From Mayamaea pseudoterrestris (taxonomy: Eukaryota): 64,000 nt of DNA. The notes below the pieces were generated by a model that had not been told where the DNA came from, searched no databases, and worked only from the letters and a program-made list of their open reading frames with translations. Location of the stretch: assembly GCA_027923505.1 (NCBI GenBank), contig BROI01000019.1, positions 620,001 to 684,000 on the forward strand, written 5' to 3'. Position 1 is the first letter of the stretch, and every line of letters starts with the position of its first letter. Position numbers and translations under genes: made by a program. Shown here one piece after another: positions 26,701 to 40,195 of this stretch.

Positions 26701-29700
26701 AGTCACCCCAGCATTTGCTCAAAATGTCAACAAACATAAGTGGAAAGGGGTGGGATGGCTTAGCAGACAAGGCAGATTATCCTGTCGCTAAAGCATGGTG
26801 CACTGCTAGCACATTCAACAACTTGTTGAATGTGCGTTGTCTCATGGCGCAATGCTGCAATCCACACCACAATTGACATGACTATTGGTCCAACTGTATC
26901 ATATGTATTTTGGTTTCAATATTTTTTACATTCTGGCAGTCTCTCTACCAGGAGGTGCATCGCTGGCAGATCCAACAAGTTATTGGATCTGCCGAGTCCC
27001 ACCATGGCAGACAGGCTGGTGGATATTGGGGTTATAGTCACCCCAGCATTGGCTCAAAATGTCAACAAACATAGGTGGAAAGGGGTTGGATGGCGTAGCA
27101 GGCAAGGCTGATGATGCTGTTGCTAGAGCATGGTGTTGTTGAATGTGCGGAGTCTCATGGCGCAATGCTGCAATCCACACCACAATTGACATGACTATTG
27201 GTCCAACTGTATCATATGTATTTTGTTCTCAATATATTTAAGTCTGCAGGCCATTCTGGCAGTCTCTCTACTAGTTGAGGTGCACTGCTGGCAGATCCAA
27301 CAAGTTATTGAATCTGCCGAGTCTCACCATGGCAGACAGGCTGGTGGATATTGGGGTGATAGTCACACCAGCATTGGCTCAAAATGTCAACAAACATATA
27401 GGAAAGAGGAGTTGGATGGCTTAGCAGGCAAGGCCGAGATGATCCTATAGCCAAAGCTGGTGTGACTGCTGGCACATTCAACAACTTGTTGAATGTCGCG
27501 TAGTCTCATGGCACAATGCTTCCGCACCACAATTGACGCGACTTTTGGTCCAATTGTATCATATGTATTTTGGTTTCAATATTTTTGGTCTGCAGGCCAT
27601 TCTGGCTGTCTCTTACCACTGAGGTGCACCGCTGGCAGATCCAACAAGTTATTGGATCTGCCGAGACCATGGCAGACAGGCTGGTGGATATTGGGGTGAT
27701 AGTCACCTCAGCTTTGGCTCAAAATGTCAACCAACATAATAGGGAAAGGGGTTGGATGGCTTAGCAGGCAAGGCTGATGATCCTGTAGCCAAAGCATGGT
27801 GCACTGCTAGCACATTCAACAACTTGTTGAATGTGCGAAGTCACATGGCACAATGCTGCTCCACACCACAATTCGTACATGACTATTGGTCCAATTGTAT
27901 CATATGTATTTTGTTTTCGATATATTTTGGTCTGAAGGCCATTCTGGCCGTCTTTCTACCAGTTGAGGTGGCCTGGCAGATCCAACAAGTTATTGGATCT
28001 GCGCGAGTCTCACCATGGCAGCCGGGCTGGTGGATATTGGGGTGATAGTCACCCCAGCATTGGCTCAAAATGTCAAAAACATAGTGGAAAGGGGGGGTGG
28101 CAGAACGGATGATCCTAGTACAACATGGTGCCTACTCGCACATTCAACAACTTGTTGAATGTGCGGAGTCTCATGGCACAATCCGCGGCATCCACACCAC
28201 AATTGACATGACTATTGGTCCAATTGTATCATATGTATTTTGATATTTTTGGTCTGCAGGCCATTCTGGCGTCTGTGTACCAGTTGAGGGTGGGGCACCG
28301 CTGGCAGATCCAACAAGTTATTGGATCTGCCGAGTCTCACCTGGCAGCCAGGCTGGTGGATATTGGGGTGATAGCCACCCCAGCATTGGCTCAAAATGTC
28401 AACAAACATCAGGGGAAAGGGGTTGGATGGCTTAGCAGGCAAGGCTGATGATCCTGTAGCTCAAGGGTGCACTGCTAGCACATTCAACAACGTTGAATGT
28501 GCGGAGTCTCATGGCACAATGCTGCGTTCCCACCACAATTGACGTGACTCTTGGTCCAATTGTATCATATGTATTTTGTTTCGATATATCTTGGTCTGCA
28601 GGCCATTCTGGCTGTCTGTGTACCAGTGGAGGTGCACCACTGACAGATCCAACAAGTTATTGGATCTGCCGAAGTCTCTTGGATCTGCCGTGTCTCCACC
28701 ATGGCAGCAGGCTGGTGGATATTGGGGTGATCGTCACCCCAGCATTGGCTCAAAATGTCAACAAACACAAGTGGAAAAGGGGTTGGATGGCAAGCAGGCA
28801 AGGCTGATGATTCCTAAACATGGTGCACTGCTAGCACATTCAACAACTTGTTGAATGTGCAGTCCATGCGCAATGCTGCGTCCACACACAATTGACATGA
28901 CTCTTGGTCCAATTGTATCATATGTATTTTGGTTTCTATTCTTTGGTCTGCGGCCATTCTGGCTGTCTGTCTGTACCAGTGGAGGTGCACCACTGACAGA
29001 TCCAACAAATTATGGATCTGCCAAGTCCCACCATGGCAGACAAGCTGGTGGATATTGGGGTGATAGTCACCCCAGCATTGGCTCTAAATGTCAACAAACA
29101 TAAGTGGAAAGCGGCTGGATGGCAAAGCAGGCACGGCTGATGATCCTATAGCTAAACATGGTGCACTGCTAGCACATTCAACAACTTGTTGAATGTGCGG
29201 AGTCTCATGGCGCAATGCTGTCGTCCACACCACAATTCGACATGACTATTGGTCCAATTGTATCATATGTATTTTGGTTTTAATATTCTTTGGTCTGCAA
29301 GCCATTCTGGCGGTCTCTTCCACCGAGGTGCACCACTGGCAATCCAACAAGTTGTTGGATCTGCCAGTCCCACCATGGCAGACAGGCTGGGTGGATATTG
29401 GGGTGATAGTCACCCCAGCATTGGCTCAAAATATCAACAAACATAATAGGGAAAGGGGTTGGATGGCTTAGCAGGCAAGGCTGATGATCCTGTAGCCAAA
29501 GCATGGTGCACTGCTAGCACATCCAACAAGTTGTTGAATGTGCGGAGTCTCATGGCACAATGCTGCGTTCCACACCACAATTGACATGACTTTTGGTCCA
29601 ATTGTATCATATGTGTTTTTGTTTCAATATTCGGCTGCAGTCTGTGTACTAGTTGAGGTGCACTGCTGGCAGCTCCAACAAAATTTTTTTGGATCTGCGC

Positions 29701-32680
29701 CAAGTCTCACCATGGCAGACAAGCTGGTGGATATTTGGGGTGATAGTCACCCCAGAATTGGATCAAAATGTCAACATACATAAGTGGGAAGGAGTTGGAT
29801 GGCAAAGCAGGCAAGGCAGATGATCCCATAGCTAAAGCATGGTGCACGGCTAGCACATTCAACAACTTGTTGAATGTGCGGAGTCTCATGGCGCAATGCT
29901 GCAATCCACACCACAATTGACATGACTATTGGTCCAATTGTATCATATGTATTTTGGGTTCAATATTCTTGGGTCTGCAGGCCGTTCTAGCAGTCTCTCT
30001 ACCAGTGGAGGTGCACCACTGGCAGATTTAACAAGTTATTGGATCTGCCGAGTCCCACCATGGCAGACAGGCTGGTGGATATTAGGATGATAGTCACCCC
30101 AGCATTGGCTCAAAATGTCAACAAAATAAGAGGTATGGGTTGGATGGCTTAGCAGGCAAGGCTGATGATCCTGTAGCCAAAGCATGGTGCACTGCTAGCA
30201 TATTCAACAACTTGTTGAATGTGCGGAGTCTCATGGCGCAATGCTGCGTTCCACACCACAATTGACATGACTATAGGTCCAATTGTATCATTTGTATTTT
30301 GGCTTCAATATTCTTGGGTCTGCAGGGCATTCTGGCAGTCTCTCTACCAGTGGAGGTGCACTGCTGGCAGATCCAACAAGTTATTGGATCTGCCGAGTCC
30401 CACCATGGCAGACAGGCTGGTGGATATTGGGGTGATAGTCACAACAGCATTGGCTCAAAATGTCAACAAACATAAGAGGAATGGGTTGGATGGCTTAGCA
30501 GGCAAGACTGATGATCCTGCAGCTAAAGCATGGTGCACTGCTAGCACATTCAACAACTTGTTGAATGTGCGTAGTCTCATGGCGCAATGCTGTGTTCCAC
30601 ACCACAATTGACATGACTATTGGTCTTATTGTATTATTTGTATTTTGGGTTCAATATTCTTGGGTCTGCAGGCCATTCTGGCAGTCTCTCTACCAGTGGA
30701 GGTGCACCGCTGGGAGAACCAACAAGTTATTGGATCTGCCGAGTCCCACCATGCCAGACAGGCTGGTGGATATTGGGTTAATAGTCACCCCAGCATTTGC
30801 TCAAAATGTCAACAAACATAAGAGGAATGGGGTTGGATGGCTTAGCAGACAAGGCTGATGATTCTATCGCTAAAGCATGGTGCACTGCTAGCACATTCAA
30901 CAACTTGTTGAATGTGCATTGTCTCATGGCGCAATGCTGCAATCCACACCACAATTGACATGACTATTGGTCCAATTGTATCATATGTATTTTGGTTTCA
31001 ATATTCTTGGGTCTGCAGGCCATTCTGGCAGTCTCTCTACCAGTGGAGGTGCACCGCTGGCAGATCCAACAAGTTATTGGATCTGCTGAGTCCCACCATG
31101 GCAGACAGGCTGGTGGATATTGGGGTTATAGTCACCCCAGCATTGGCTCAAAATGTCAACAAACATAGGTGGAAAGGGGTTGGATGGCGTAGCAGGCAAG
31201 GCTGATGTTACTGTAGATATAGCATGGTGCACCGCTAGCACATTCAACTTGTTGAATGTGCGGAGTCTCATGGCGCAATGCTGTGTTCCACACCACACTT
31301 GACATGACTATTGGTCCAATTGTATCATATGAATTTTGGTTTCAATATTTTTTAGTTTGCAGGCCATTCTGGTTGTCTCACTACCAGTAGAGGTGCACCT
31401 CTGGCAGATCCAACAAGTTATTGGATCTGCCGAGTCCCACCATGCCAGATAGGCTGGTGGATATTGGGGTGATAGTCACCCCAGCATTTGCTCAAAATGT
31501 CAACAAACATAAGTGGAAAGGGGTTGGATGGCTTAGCAGGCAAGGCTGATGATACTGTAGCTAAAGCATGGTGCACAGCTAGCACATTCAATAACTTGTT
31601 GAATGTGTGGAGTCTCATGGCGCAATGCTGCGTTCCACACCACACTTGACATGACTATTGGTCCAACTGTAAAATATGTATTTTGGTTTCAATATTTTTT
31701 ACATTCTGGCAGTCTCTCTACCAGTAGAGGTGCATCGCTGGCAGATCCAACAAGTTATTGGATCTGCCGAGTCCCACCATGGCAGACAGGCTGGTGGATA
31801 TTGGGGTGATAGTCACCCCAGCATTTGCTCAAAATGTCAACAAATGTAAGAGAAAAGGGGTTGGATGGCTAAGCAGGCAAGGCTGATGATGCTGTTGCTA
31901 GAGCATGGTGTTGTTGAATGTGCGGAGTCTCATGGTGCAATGCTGCAATCCACACCACAATTGACATGACTATTGGTCCAACTGTATCATATGTATTTTG
32001 TTCTCAATATATTTAAGTCTGCAGGCCATTCTGGCAGTCTCTCTACTAGTTGAGGTGCACTGCTGGCAGATCCAACAAGTTATTGAATCTGCCGAGTCTC
32101 ACCATGGCAGACAGGCTGGTGGATATTGGGGTGATAGTCACCACAGCATTGGCTCAAAATGTCAACAAACATAAGAGGAAAGGGGTTGGATGGCTTAGCA
32201 GGCAAGGCAGATTATCCTGTACTCAAAGCATGGTGCACTGCTAGCACATTCAACAACTTGTTGAATGTGCCAAGTCTCATGGCGTTATGCTGCGTTCCAC
32301 ACCACAAATGACATGACTATTGGTCCAATTGTATCATATAAATTTTGTTTTCAATATTTTTTAGTCTGCAGGCCATTCTGGCAGTCTGTCTATCAGTGGA
32401 GGGGCACCACTGGCAGATCCAACAAGTTATTGGATCTGCCAAGTCCCACCATGGCAGACAGGCTGGTGGATATTAGGGTGATAGTCACCCCAGCATTGGC
32501 TCAAAATGTCAACAAACACAAGAGGAATGGGTTGGATGGCTTAGCAGGCAAGGCTGATGATCCTGTAGCTAAAGCATGGTGCACTGCTAGCACATTCAAC
32601 AACTTGTTGAATGTGCCAAGTCTCATGGCGCAATGCTGCGTTCCACACCAGAATTGACATGACAATTGGTCCTATTGTAT
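20779..32680. repeat. Satellite C: ~346-bp tandem array (~34 units), a dimer of two diverged ~169/177-bp subunits
   Basis: Periodicity is ~346 bp. Each unit has two homologous palindromic modules (ggcagatccaa..ttggatctgcc and gcacattcaacaa-c-ttgttgaatgtgc). Confidence 0.98.
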
Positions 32681-35600
32681 TGTTGCCTGCATCCAGATCC
32701 GCAGAAGTTGCTGGTATGTACTACCCAACTGCCAAACACCAACCTAGCAGTGGCAAACATGAAGTGCCCACACACTCTATGCGTACAGCCACTGTGCATG
32801 ATCCAAGGGCACAAGACATACCTCCTTGGTGAATTTGGTTGGCGCATCAGCCTCCTGCTTGGCTTTTGCCTTCAGGTCAGCAGCTTTTGTTAGCAGGTAC
32901 TATGTGACTGCCTACCCTAGCAGTGGCAAACATTAGATCCCCACAATCTCTTTGTAACTGGCTTAGGGCATGATCCAAGGTCACAAATGGATATTGTATA
33001 GTGCATTCACTTTGTGCATTTGCCTCCTGCATGTTGCCTGCTTCCAGATCCGCAGAAGTTGCTGGTATGTACTACCCAACTGCCGAACACCAACCTAGCA
33101 GTGGCAAACATGAAGTGCCCACACACTCTATGCGTACAGCCACTGTGCATGATCCGAGGGCACAAGACATACCTCCTTGGTGAATTTGTTTTGCGCATCA
33201 GCCTCCTGCTTGCCTTTTGCCTTCAGGTCAGCAGCTTCAGTTAGCAGGTACTATGTGACTGCCTACCCTAGCAGTGGCAAACATCAGATCCCCACAATCT
33301 CTTTGTAAACTGGCTTCCGGCATGATCCAAGGTCAAGAATGGATATTGTATAGTGCATTCACTTTGTGCATTTGCCTCCTGCATGTTGCCTGCTTCCAGA
33401 TCCGCAGAAGTTGCTGGTATGTACTACCCAACTGCCGAACACCAACCTAGCAGTGGCAAACATGAAGTGCCCACACACTCTATGTGTACAGCCAATGTTC
33501 ATGATCCAAGGGCACAAGACATACCTCCTTGGTGAATTTGTTTTGCGCACCAGCCTCCTGCTTGCCTTTTGCCTTCAGGTCAGCAGCTTCAGTTAGCAGG
33601 TACTATGTGACTGCCTACCCTAGCAGTGGCAAACATCAGATCACCACAATCTCTTTGTAAACTGGCTTGAGGCATGGTTCAAGGTCACAAATGGATATTG
33701 TATAGTGCATTCACTTTGTGCATTTGCCTCCGGCATGTTGCCTGCTTCCAGATCCGCAGAAGTTGCTGGTATGTACTACCCAACTCCCAAACACCAACCT
33801 AGCAGTGGCAAACATGAAGTGCCCACACACTCTATGCGTACAGCCAATGTTCATGATCCGAGGGCACAAGACATACCTCCTTGGTGAATTTGTTTTGCGC
33901 ATCAGCCTCCTGCTTGCCTTTTGCCTTCAGGTCAGCAGCTTCTGTTAGCAGGTACTATGTGACTGCCTACCCTAGCAGTGGCAAACATCAAATCCCCACA
34001 ATCTCTTTGTAAACTGGCTTGGGGCATGATCCAAGGTCACAAATGGATGTTGTATAGTGCATTCACTTTGTGCATTTGCCTCCTGCTTGTTGCCTGCCTC
34101 CAGATCCGCAGAAGTTGCTGGTATGTACTACCCAACTGCCGAACACCAACCTAGCAGTGGCAAACATGAAGTGCCACACACTCTTTGCGTACAGCCACTG
34201 TGCATGTTCCGAGGGCACAAGACATACCTCCTTGGTGAATTTGTTTTGCGCATCAGCCTCCTGCTTGCCTTTTGCCTTCAGGTCAGCAGCTTCAGTTAGC
34301 AGGTACTATGTGACTGCCTACCCTAGCAGTGGCAAACATCAGATCCCCACAATCTCTTTGTAAACTGGCTTGGGGCATGATCGAAGGTCACAAATGGATA
34401 TTGTATAGTGCATTCACTTTGTGCATTTGCCTCTTGCTTGTTGCCTGCCTCCAGATCCGCAGAAGTTGCTGGTATGTACTACCCAACTGCCGAACACCAA
34501 CCTAGCAGTGGCAAACATGAAGTGCCCACACACTCTATGCGGACAGCCACTGTGCATGATCCGAGGGCACCAGACATACCTCCTTGGTGAATTTGTTTTG
34601 CGCATCAGCCTCCTGCTTGCCTTTTGCCTTCAGGTCAGCAGCTTCAGTTAGCAGGTACTATGTGACTGCCTACCCTAGCAGTGGCAAACATCGGATCCCC
34701 ACAATCTCTTTGTAAACTGGCTTGGGGCATGATCCAAGGTCACAAATGGATATTGTATAGTGCATTCACTTTGTGCATTTGCCTCCTGCATGTTGCCTGT
34801 CTCCAGATCCGCAGGAGTTGCTGGTTTCTACTACCCAACTGCCAAACACCAACCTACCAGGGGCAAACATAAGGTGCCCACACACTTATGCGTACAGCCA
34901 CTGTGCATGATCCAAGGGCACAAGACATACCTCCTTGGTGAATTTGGTTTGCGCATCAGCCTCCTGCTTGCCTTTGTCAGCAGCGTCTGTTGGCCGGTAC
35001 TATCTGACTGTCTATCCTAGCAGTTGCAAACATTAGGTCCCCGCAGCCTCTTTGTAAACTGGCTTGGGGCATGATCCAAGGTCACAAATGGATAGTGTAT
35101 GGTGCATTCACTATGTGCATTTGCCTCCTGCTTGTTGCCTGCCTCCAGATCCGCAGGAATTGCTGGTATCTACTACCCAACTGCCAAACACTAACCTAGC
35201 AGTTGCAAACATGAAGTGACCACACACTATCACCAAACATACCTCCTTGGTGAATTTGGTTTGCGCATCAGCCTCCTGCTTGCCTTTTGCCTTCAATCAG
35301 CAGCTTCTGTTGGCAGGTACTATGTGACTGCCTATCCTAGCAGTGACAAACATCAGATTCCCATAACCTCTTTGTAAACTGGCTTGGGGGCATGATGCAA
35401 GGTCACAAATGGATAGTGTATAGTGCATTCACTTTGTGCATTTGCCTCCTGCTTGTTGCCTGCCTCCAGATCCGCAGGAGTTGCTAGTATGTACAACCCA
35501 ACTGCTGAACACCAACCTAGCAGTGGCAAACATGAAGTGACCACACACTCTATGCGTACAGCCACTGTGCATGATCCAAGGGCACAAGACATACCTCCTT

Positions 35601-35780
35601 GGTGAATTTGGTTGGCGCATCAGCCTCCTGCTTGGCTTTTGCCTTCAGGTCAGCAGCTTTTGTTGGTACCGGTAGGTACTATGTGACTGCCTATCCTAGC
35701 AGTGGCAAACTTCAGATCCCCACAACCCTTTTTGTAAACTGGCTTGGGGCATGATCCAAGGTCACAAATTAATAGTGCAC
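32681..35780. repeat. Satellite D: ~352-bp tandem array (~9 units), a dimer of two ~176-bp subunits
   Basis: The ORF track repeats at 352-bp offsets (33001, 33353, 33705, 34057). cctagcagtggcaaacat and gcatgatcc(a/g)agg(g/t)cacaa each occur twice per unit. Confidence 0.98.
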
Positions 35781-36027
35781 AAGAGGAAAGGGGTTGGATG
35801 GATTAGCAGGCAAGGCAGATGCTCATGTAGTCAAAGCATGGTGTTCTGCAGGCTTGTCCACACAGCAAACTGCCATAATCCAATCCAATGGCCAGAGCCA
35901 TGTAGATTAATAGCTGGCAATTGACAAACATTGTTTCATAAGGAAGAAAGTGCAAGGCATTCATTGCTAGCCCACCTAGTCTCCAAGTTCTGGCACAGAG
36001 ACTGCCCTAATTTCGTGGCCCCAGGCA
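35781..36027. repeat. Short satellite C fragment (35781-35845) followed by one inverted satellite L monomer
   Basis: aagaggaaaggggttggatgg...aaagcatggtg matches C. The reverse complement of 35845-36027 (ccagaacttggagactaggtggg...ttgcactttct...gtggacaagcctg) matches 20545-20710. Confidence 0.88.
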
Positions 36028-36662
36028 TCTGAGATTGGTGACAAGTTGTCACCAATCACATTGCAGTCCACGGAGACACCAGCCAGGCATAACATTTTGT
36101 AGCACAGACTGAAATATGATGTTGGTACCATTCTGGTGTGATTTGGATGTACACATGGCATGTTATATGGGCAATTGAATGTCTAGCCATCTGCAGGCTG
36201 AGACTGGTGAGAAGTTCTCACCAGTCACATTGCACTCTACTAGGGCCCCCACCAGGCAGACCATCTTGTAGCTCAGTCAAAATAATGATTTTGGCACCAT
36301 TCTGGTTTGATTTGCGTGTATACATGGCATGTTATATGGGCAAGTGAATGTCAAGGCATCTGTGGGCTGAGACTGGTGACAAGTTGTCACCAATCACATT
36401 GCCGTCCACTGAGACACCAGCCAGGCATACCATCGTGTAGCGCGGCTTGAATAATGATGTTGGCACCATTCTTGTGTGATTTGGGTGTATACATGGCATA
36501 CTTTTTGGGCAATTGAATGTCAAGTATCTTTGGGATGAGACTGGTGACAAGTTCTCACAAGTCGCATTGCGGTCTATTTGGACACCAGCCACAGCCAGGC
36601 GTGCCATCTTGTAGCGCAGCCTAAACAATGATGCTGGCACCATTCTGGTGTGTTTTGGGTGT
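36028..36662. repeat. ~4 degenerate satellite A monomers closing block 2
   Basis: tgaga(c/t)tggtgacaagttgtcaccaatcacattgc...gatgttggcaccattctggtg at ~169-bp spacing, same orientation as 1-6284. Confidence 0.95.
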
Positions 36663-36941
36663 AGTATATATGGCTCGAAGAAATTGCAATTAAGAGCTGA
36701 CCAAACAAAACGGTGACCATCGACATACCGGTAGGCATGCAGATTTGGTGGTATCACCACCATGCTATTTATTGTCTTTCTACACTTATCAGAGCGTCCC
36801 AATCTTTAGTGAGCTGTTAGTTTGAAATACTACACGATATTTACAATTTGTGAAGCTGCATACCTATTTCACTGTGTGACTCTTACAATTTTACAAAGGG
36901 ATCGTAGGTAACCAGTCTAAATTGGTCAATATCAGCAGCAC

Positions 36942-38552
36942 TTACTCCAATGCCTTCTTTTGTACGATTGCCGCCTGGACTGCGTGCATTTGCTTTTGCA
37001 TATAGCCAGCCAAATCAAATTGAAATGGTCCGACAAAGTTGCATCGCACCAAACTCGACGAGTCCACACCCACGACGGGGTACAGGCCAACATGTTCGGC
37101 ATCACCATCAAAAACTTGTTCCATGGCCGTTCCCAGACTGCGGCCGTTCAACGTAAAGAAGATTGTATTGTTGCAGTAATCCACTCCGCAACCCACCACA
37201 TCGCCTTGACCAAACCTGGGGCCATACTGCTGTCGCATGGAACCGGACCCATGGAAGAAACCTCCGTCGTCGCCGTGGTAGCCATAGGAAAGAGCATCCC
37301 AACCGGGCATTCGTGTTGTGCAGTAGAATCGACAGCCAGCCAAACCAACCGCGACACATTCGTCCGACGACGCAGCTCCTTCCTGTAAAGACGCGTCAAT
37401 GTTGCTGCCGGCCTCTTCGTCATTGTTTGCAGCTTCTGCCATGATGGATACTTCAAAGTAAGATACCAATCGAGGCGTCAAGTTGATACTTCCATCACTC
37501 TGCATAAAGGGTGACGTAAATGGTCGCCAATTGCATTCCTCCGGCAACGAAAGGGTTCGACGAATCGTGGCGCGGAGTGAAAATCGACGGCAAAGCAAGG
37601 CCCGCCGCGAATGCAGCCGTTCCGTCGGTCGAGCGAGTGGATAATTGGCTCGAACGGAGCGATCACCGTGGCCAATCGGACCAGTGTATTGAATCGCTGA
37701 ATGAATCAATGGGAGGTGTGTACAGATAAGCGCATGGAGAATTCAAAGAAATTTGGTAATATACACATGTCAATATCACATACCTTTGCTACCATCCGTC
37801 AATGCCCTCGTCTGCAGGACTGGGCCATCCTGACTCGATATAATGCGTCGAGACGAAATGGAACCATTGACAATCACCGGTCGCGTCGCCTTGGGCGGTG
37901 CATGCACAAGCGTCGACTCGTCAATCCCCGTGCTTTGCTGCTGACAGGCAAGCTTTAGCATCATGGCTAGTTCGGATGGATTCGTCTCTTTGCTTATATT
38001 GCCTTCCAGCTGACTGACAATAATCTTGTTCAAGCAGTCGCCTAAAAATGGCCATTGACTTTCAATGTAGTTTCGCCAAATGTAAGGGTCGCTCAAAACG
38101 AGTCGACTGGCTCGGTTCGTCTGTCGCCACAAGTCAACACTCTCGCAGCTCAAAAAGCTTGATACTTGGAGCATCAAATCGTCCGATAAAAGAGACAATA
38201 GACATTCTGGTCCTTCTGGTGTATTGCTTTGACGACGCTGCGTGACATGCGAATCGCTTCGTCGAATTTCGTTTTCTTTCATGGCCGGAGCAAGTTCAAC
38301 GAACGAAAGGCGCTGGCGGGAGCGAGCACGGCGCATCTTGGCAAGCTTTCGTTGTATCTTTTGTATCAAATAGCGACTAGCTTTGTCGTCAATGTGCGAA
38401 ACGGCGTTGCTATCTTTGGACGAAAGATTGCGCAACATGGTCGAAAGGCTTCGCAAGTCGTGATGCTGCGTGTCAAGAAAGTGGGGCCGCGGAATTTCGA
38501 GTGCCTGCCACGAGAATCCGAACCTTGTACTGAATCTTGACAGTCGAAGCAT
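36942..38552 (-). CDS. F-box + SPRY/B30.2 domain protein; intron 37697-37783
   Basis: F-box-like LLSLLSDDLMLQVSSFL...WR. SPRY motifs YFEVSI, MPGWD..SYGYHGDDG, GDVVGCG and FFTLNG. The GT-AG intron joins the two ORFs in frame. Confidence 0.85.
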
Positions 38553-39430
38553 CTGCTCGGCTTGTTCCACGGTTGACGGACCCGAACGTTGTGATGTCAG
38601 CGAACAACCATCTGGTGTGAAAAGAAACTATCTTACGTCATATTCAGCCAATGGCAGTGCATGACACGTCACTTCGCGTTGCGACATTCGACGACGAAAC
38701 TCCGATGCAAAACGTTTCGGTTTCGGCCATGGCATCACAGATCACAGCTCACCAGCTCATCCATTGTCAAAGCTTTCACTGTCACTACGACGTAGTTATT
38801 GACAATGTGTTCTCCATTTTGTTTCGTCATGAAGGATTATTTGATACTAGCCGTTTTTGATTGAGCATGTAGCAGGGTCGACTGATGACGCCGCTCATCG
38901 CACATTAGTGCGCTCTCATGCCGTTTCGATTTTCGACCTCACGCAGTATTTTGCGGCCCGTATTGCGAAATGACATTCACGGTTAACAATCAGACTTGTT
39001 ATTCTTGTCTACGCTGCGTAGATGTCGCAATGGCTGAAGGCTTACGGTTAGATGCGTATGTATATGCCTTGTTCTGCTTCTTCTACATGTAAGGAAGTTT
39101 GATCTCGCACCAAGACAGGCTCATCTATCATGAGTACTCTAATATTGATGAGGGAGCGCACTCTTCTACTGATGCCGTTGAAATCGAGACATCCGCAGCA
39201 GCAGGGGAGGGGGCAGATCCATTGACTAATGGTTTCGCAGTTTCGCGAGTATCCCTGCTCCCTGCTGCAAGATAAGAGGCTCAATGACCTGCCACAGCCC
39301 GACGCTGGACCACAATTATATACCAATGGAACCGAACTACTTGAGATGAAATAAACAAAATTTATTATGCGCTATAGCGATTGTGGAATATATAAACGAA
39401 TGTCGACACTGTAGAAAGTGCTGACACTTT

Positions 39431-40195
39431 TTAGTAGAAATAGTGATCGGGGTCGTTTGGATCGGCACACTCGCAAGTGCTCGCAGCGCTCGTGCTTCCC
39501 GTGCTGCAGTCGTCACTGTCTAGACGCTTGGTTGGTTCGTTGCTACTCACTTCCACGCAAGTCTCGAGCTGGCCAAAAAGGCTCTTGCTAGGATCGGCAA
39601 AGAAGCAATTGTGCATGCCCGACGGATGGCAGCCACAGCTGACAGTCTCGCGGTCCTTCATGCGAAGCACTCTTTGCTTTTCATATAAAACGTCGTCCGT
39701 TTCGAGTTCATAGCGGCACTCGGGGCAGGTGCAAGTCTTGGACAGCCAGCTGGTTGAGCAGTTGATGTGGTATACGTGGCCGCACGGCAAGCGAACGAGA
39801 GCCACACCGTCTATCAAGCGCTCACAGCAGACTCCGCATGTAGAATCGTCATGTTCAAACTGCTTCTTGTGTGGACGGAGGATGCGAGCACGTGGTAATT
39901 TTGAGAGTGCTGCCTCGCTGGCTCGTGGAGGGGTCTTGTGAGAGCCGTCGCCGTCAATGCCAATGACTGCTTGGAATCGGCGCATAATGTCATCCATGTC
40001 TTGGGAGCTCTGTCGAAGCACGTCTTCGTACGAGCCCTGAAAGCTGTAGCTTCCTTCTTGTGGAGCCTGGAAGGAGGCAGCCATTGCCCATAGTGACGAG
40101 TCCTTGTTTTTGTCGACGGACTCTCGAGATGAGCTTCTTAAAACAGGTCGGCGTTTACCGTCGCTAGATTTGGTGCGAAAGAGTGGTAGCGGCAT
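39431..40195 (-). CDS. RING-H2 E3 ubiquitin ligase
   Basis: PPRAS..AL..LP followed by CGVC...LPCGHVYHINC..WL....TCPECR. Confidence 0.9.
   Translation of the reverse strand: MPLPLFRTKSSDGKRRPVLRSSSRESVDKNKDSSLWAMAASFQAPQEGSYSFQGSYEDVLRQSSQDMDDIMRRFQAVIGIDGDGSHKTPPRASEAALSKLPRARILRPHKKQFEHDDSTCGVCCERLIDGVALVRLPCGHVYHINCSTSWLSKTCTCPECRYELETDDVLYEKQRVLRMKDRETVSCGCHPSGMHNCFFADPSKSLFGQLETCVEVSSNEPTKRLDSDDCSTGSTSAASTCECADPNDPDHYFY

Noticed and set aside
20779..32680. CRISPR array (palindromic repeats at regular spacing)
   Set aside because: Intervening sequences are themselves repeated rather than unique spacers, spacing is far too long, the context is eukaryotic, and no cas genes are present.
32826..32880. 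HDV-like ribozyme in satellite D (gcc-tcctgctt-ggc resembles P3/L3)
   Set aside because: Most copies read gcc at the 3' P3 strand, and the GG needed for P1.1 is missing.
20418..36662. Autonomous transposon or integrated virus
   Set aside because: No transposase, RT, Rep/helicase or capsid ORF anywhere in the window.
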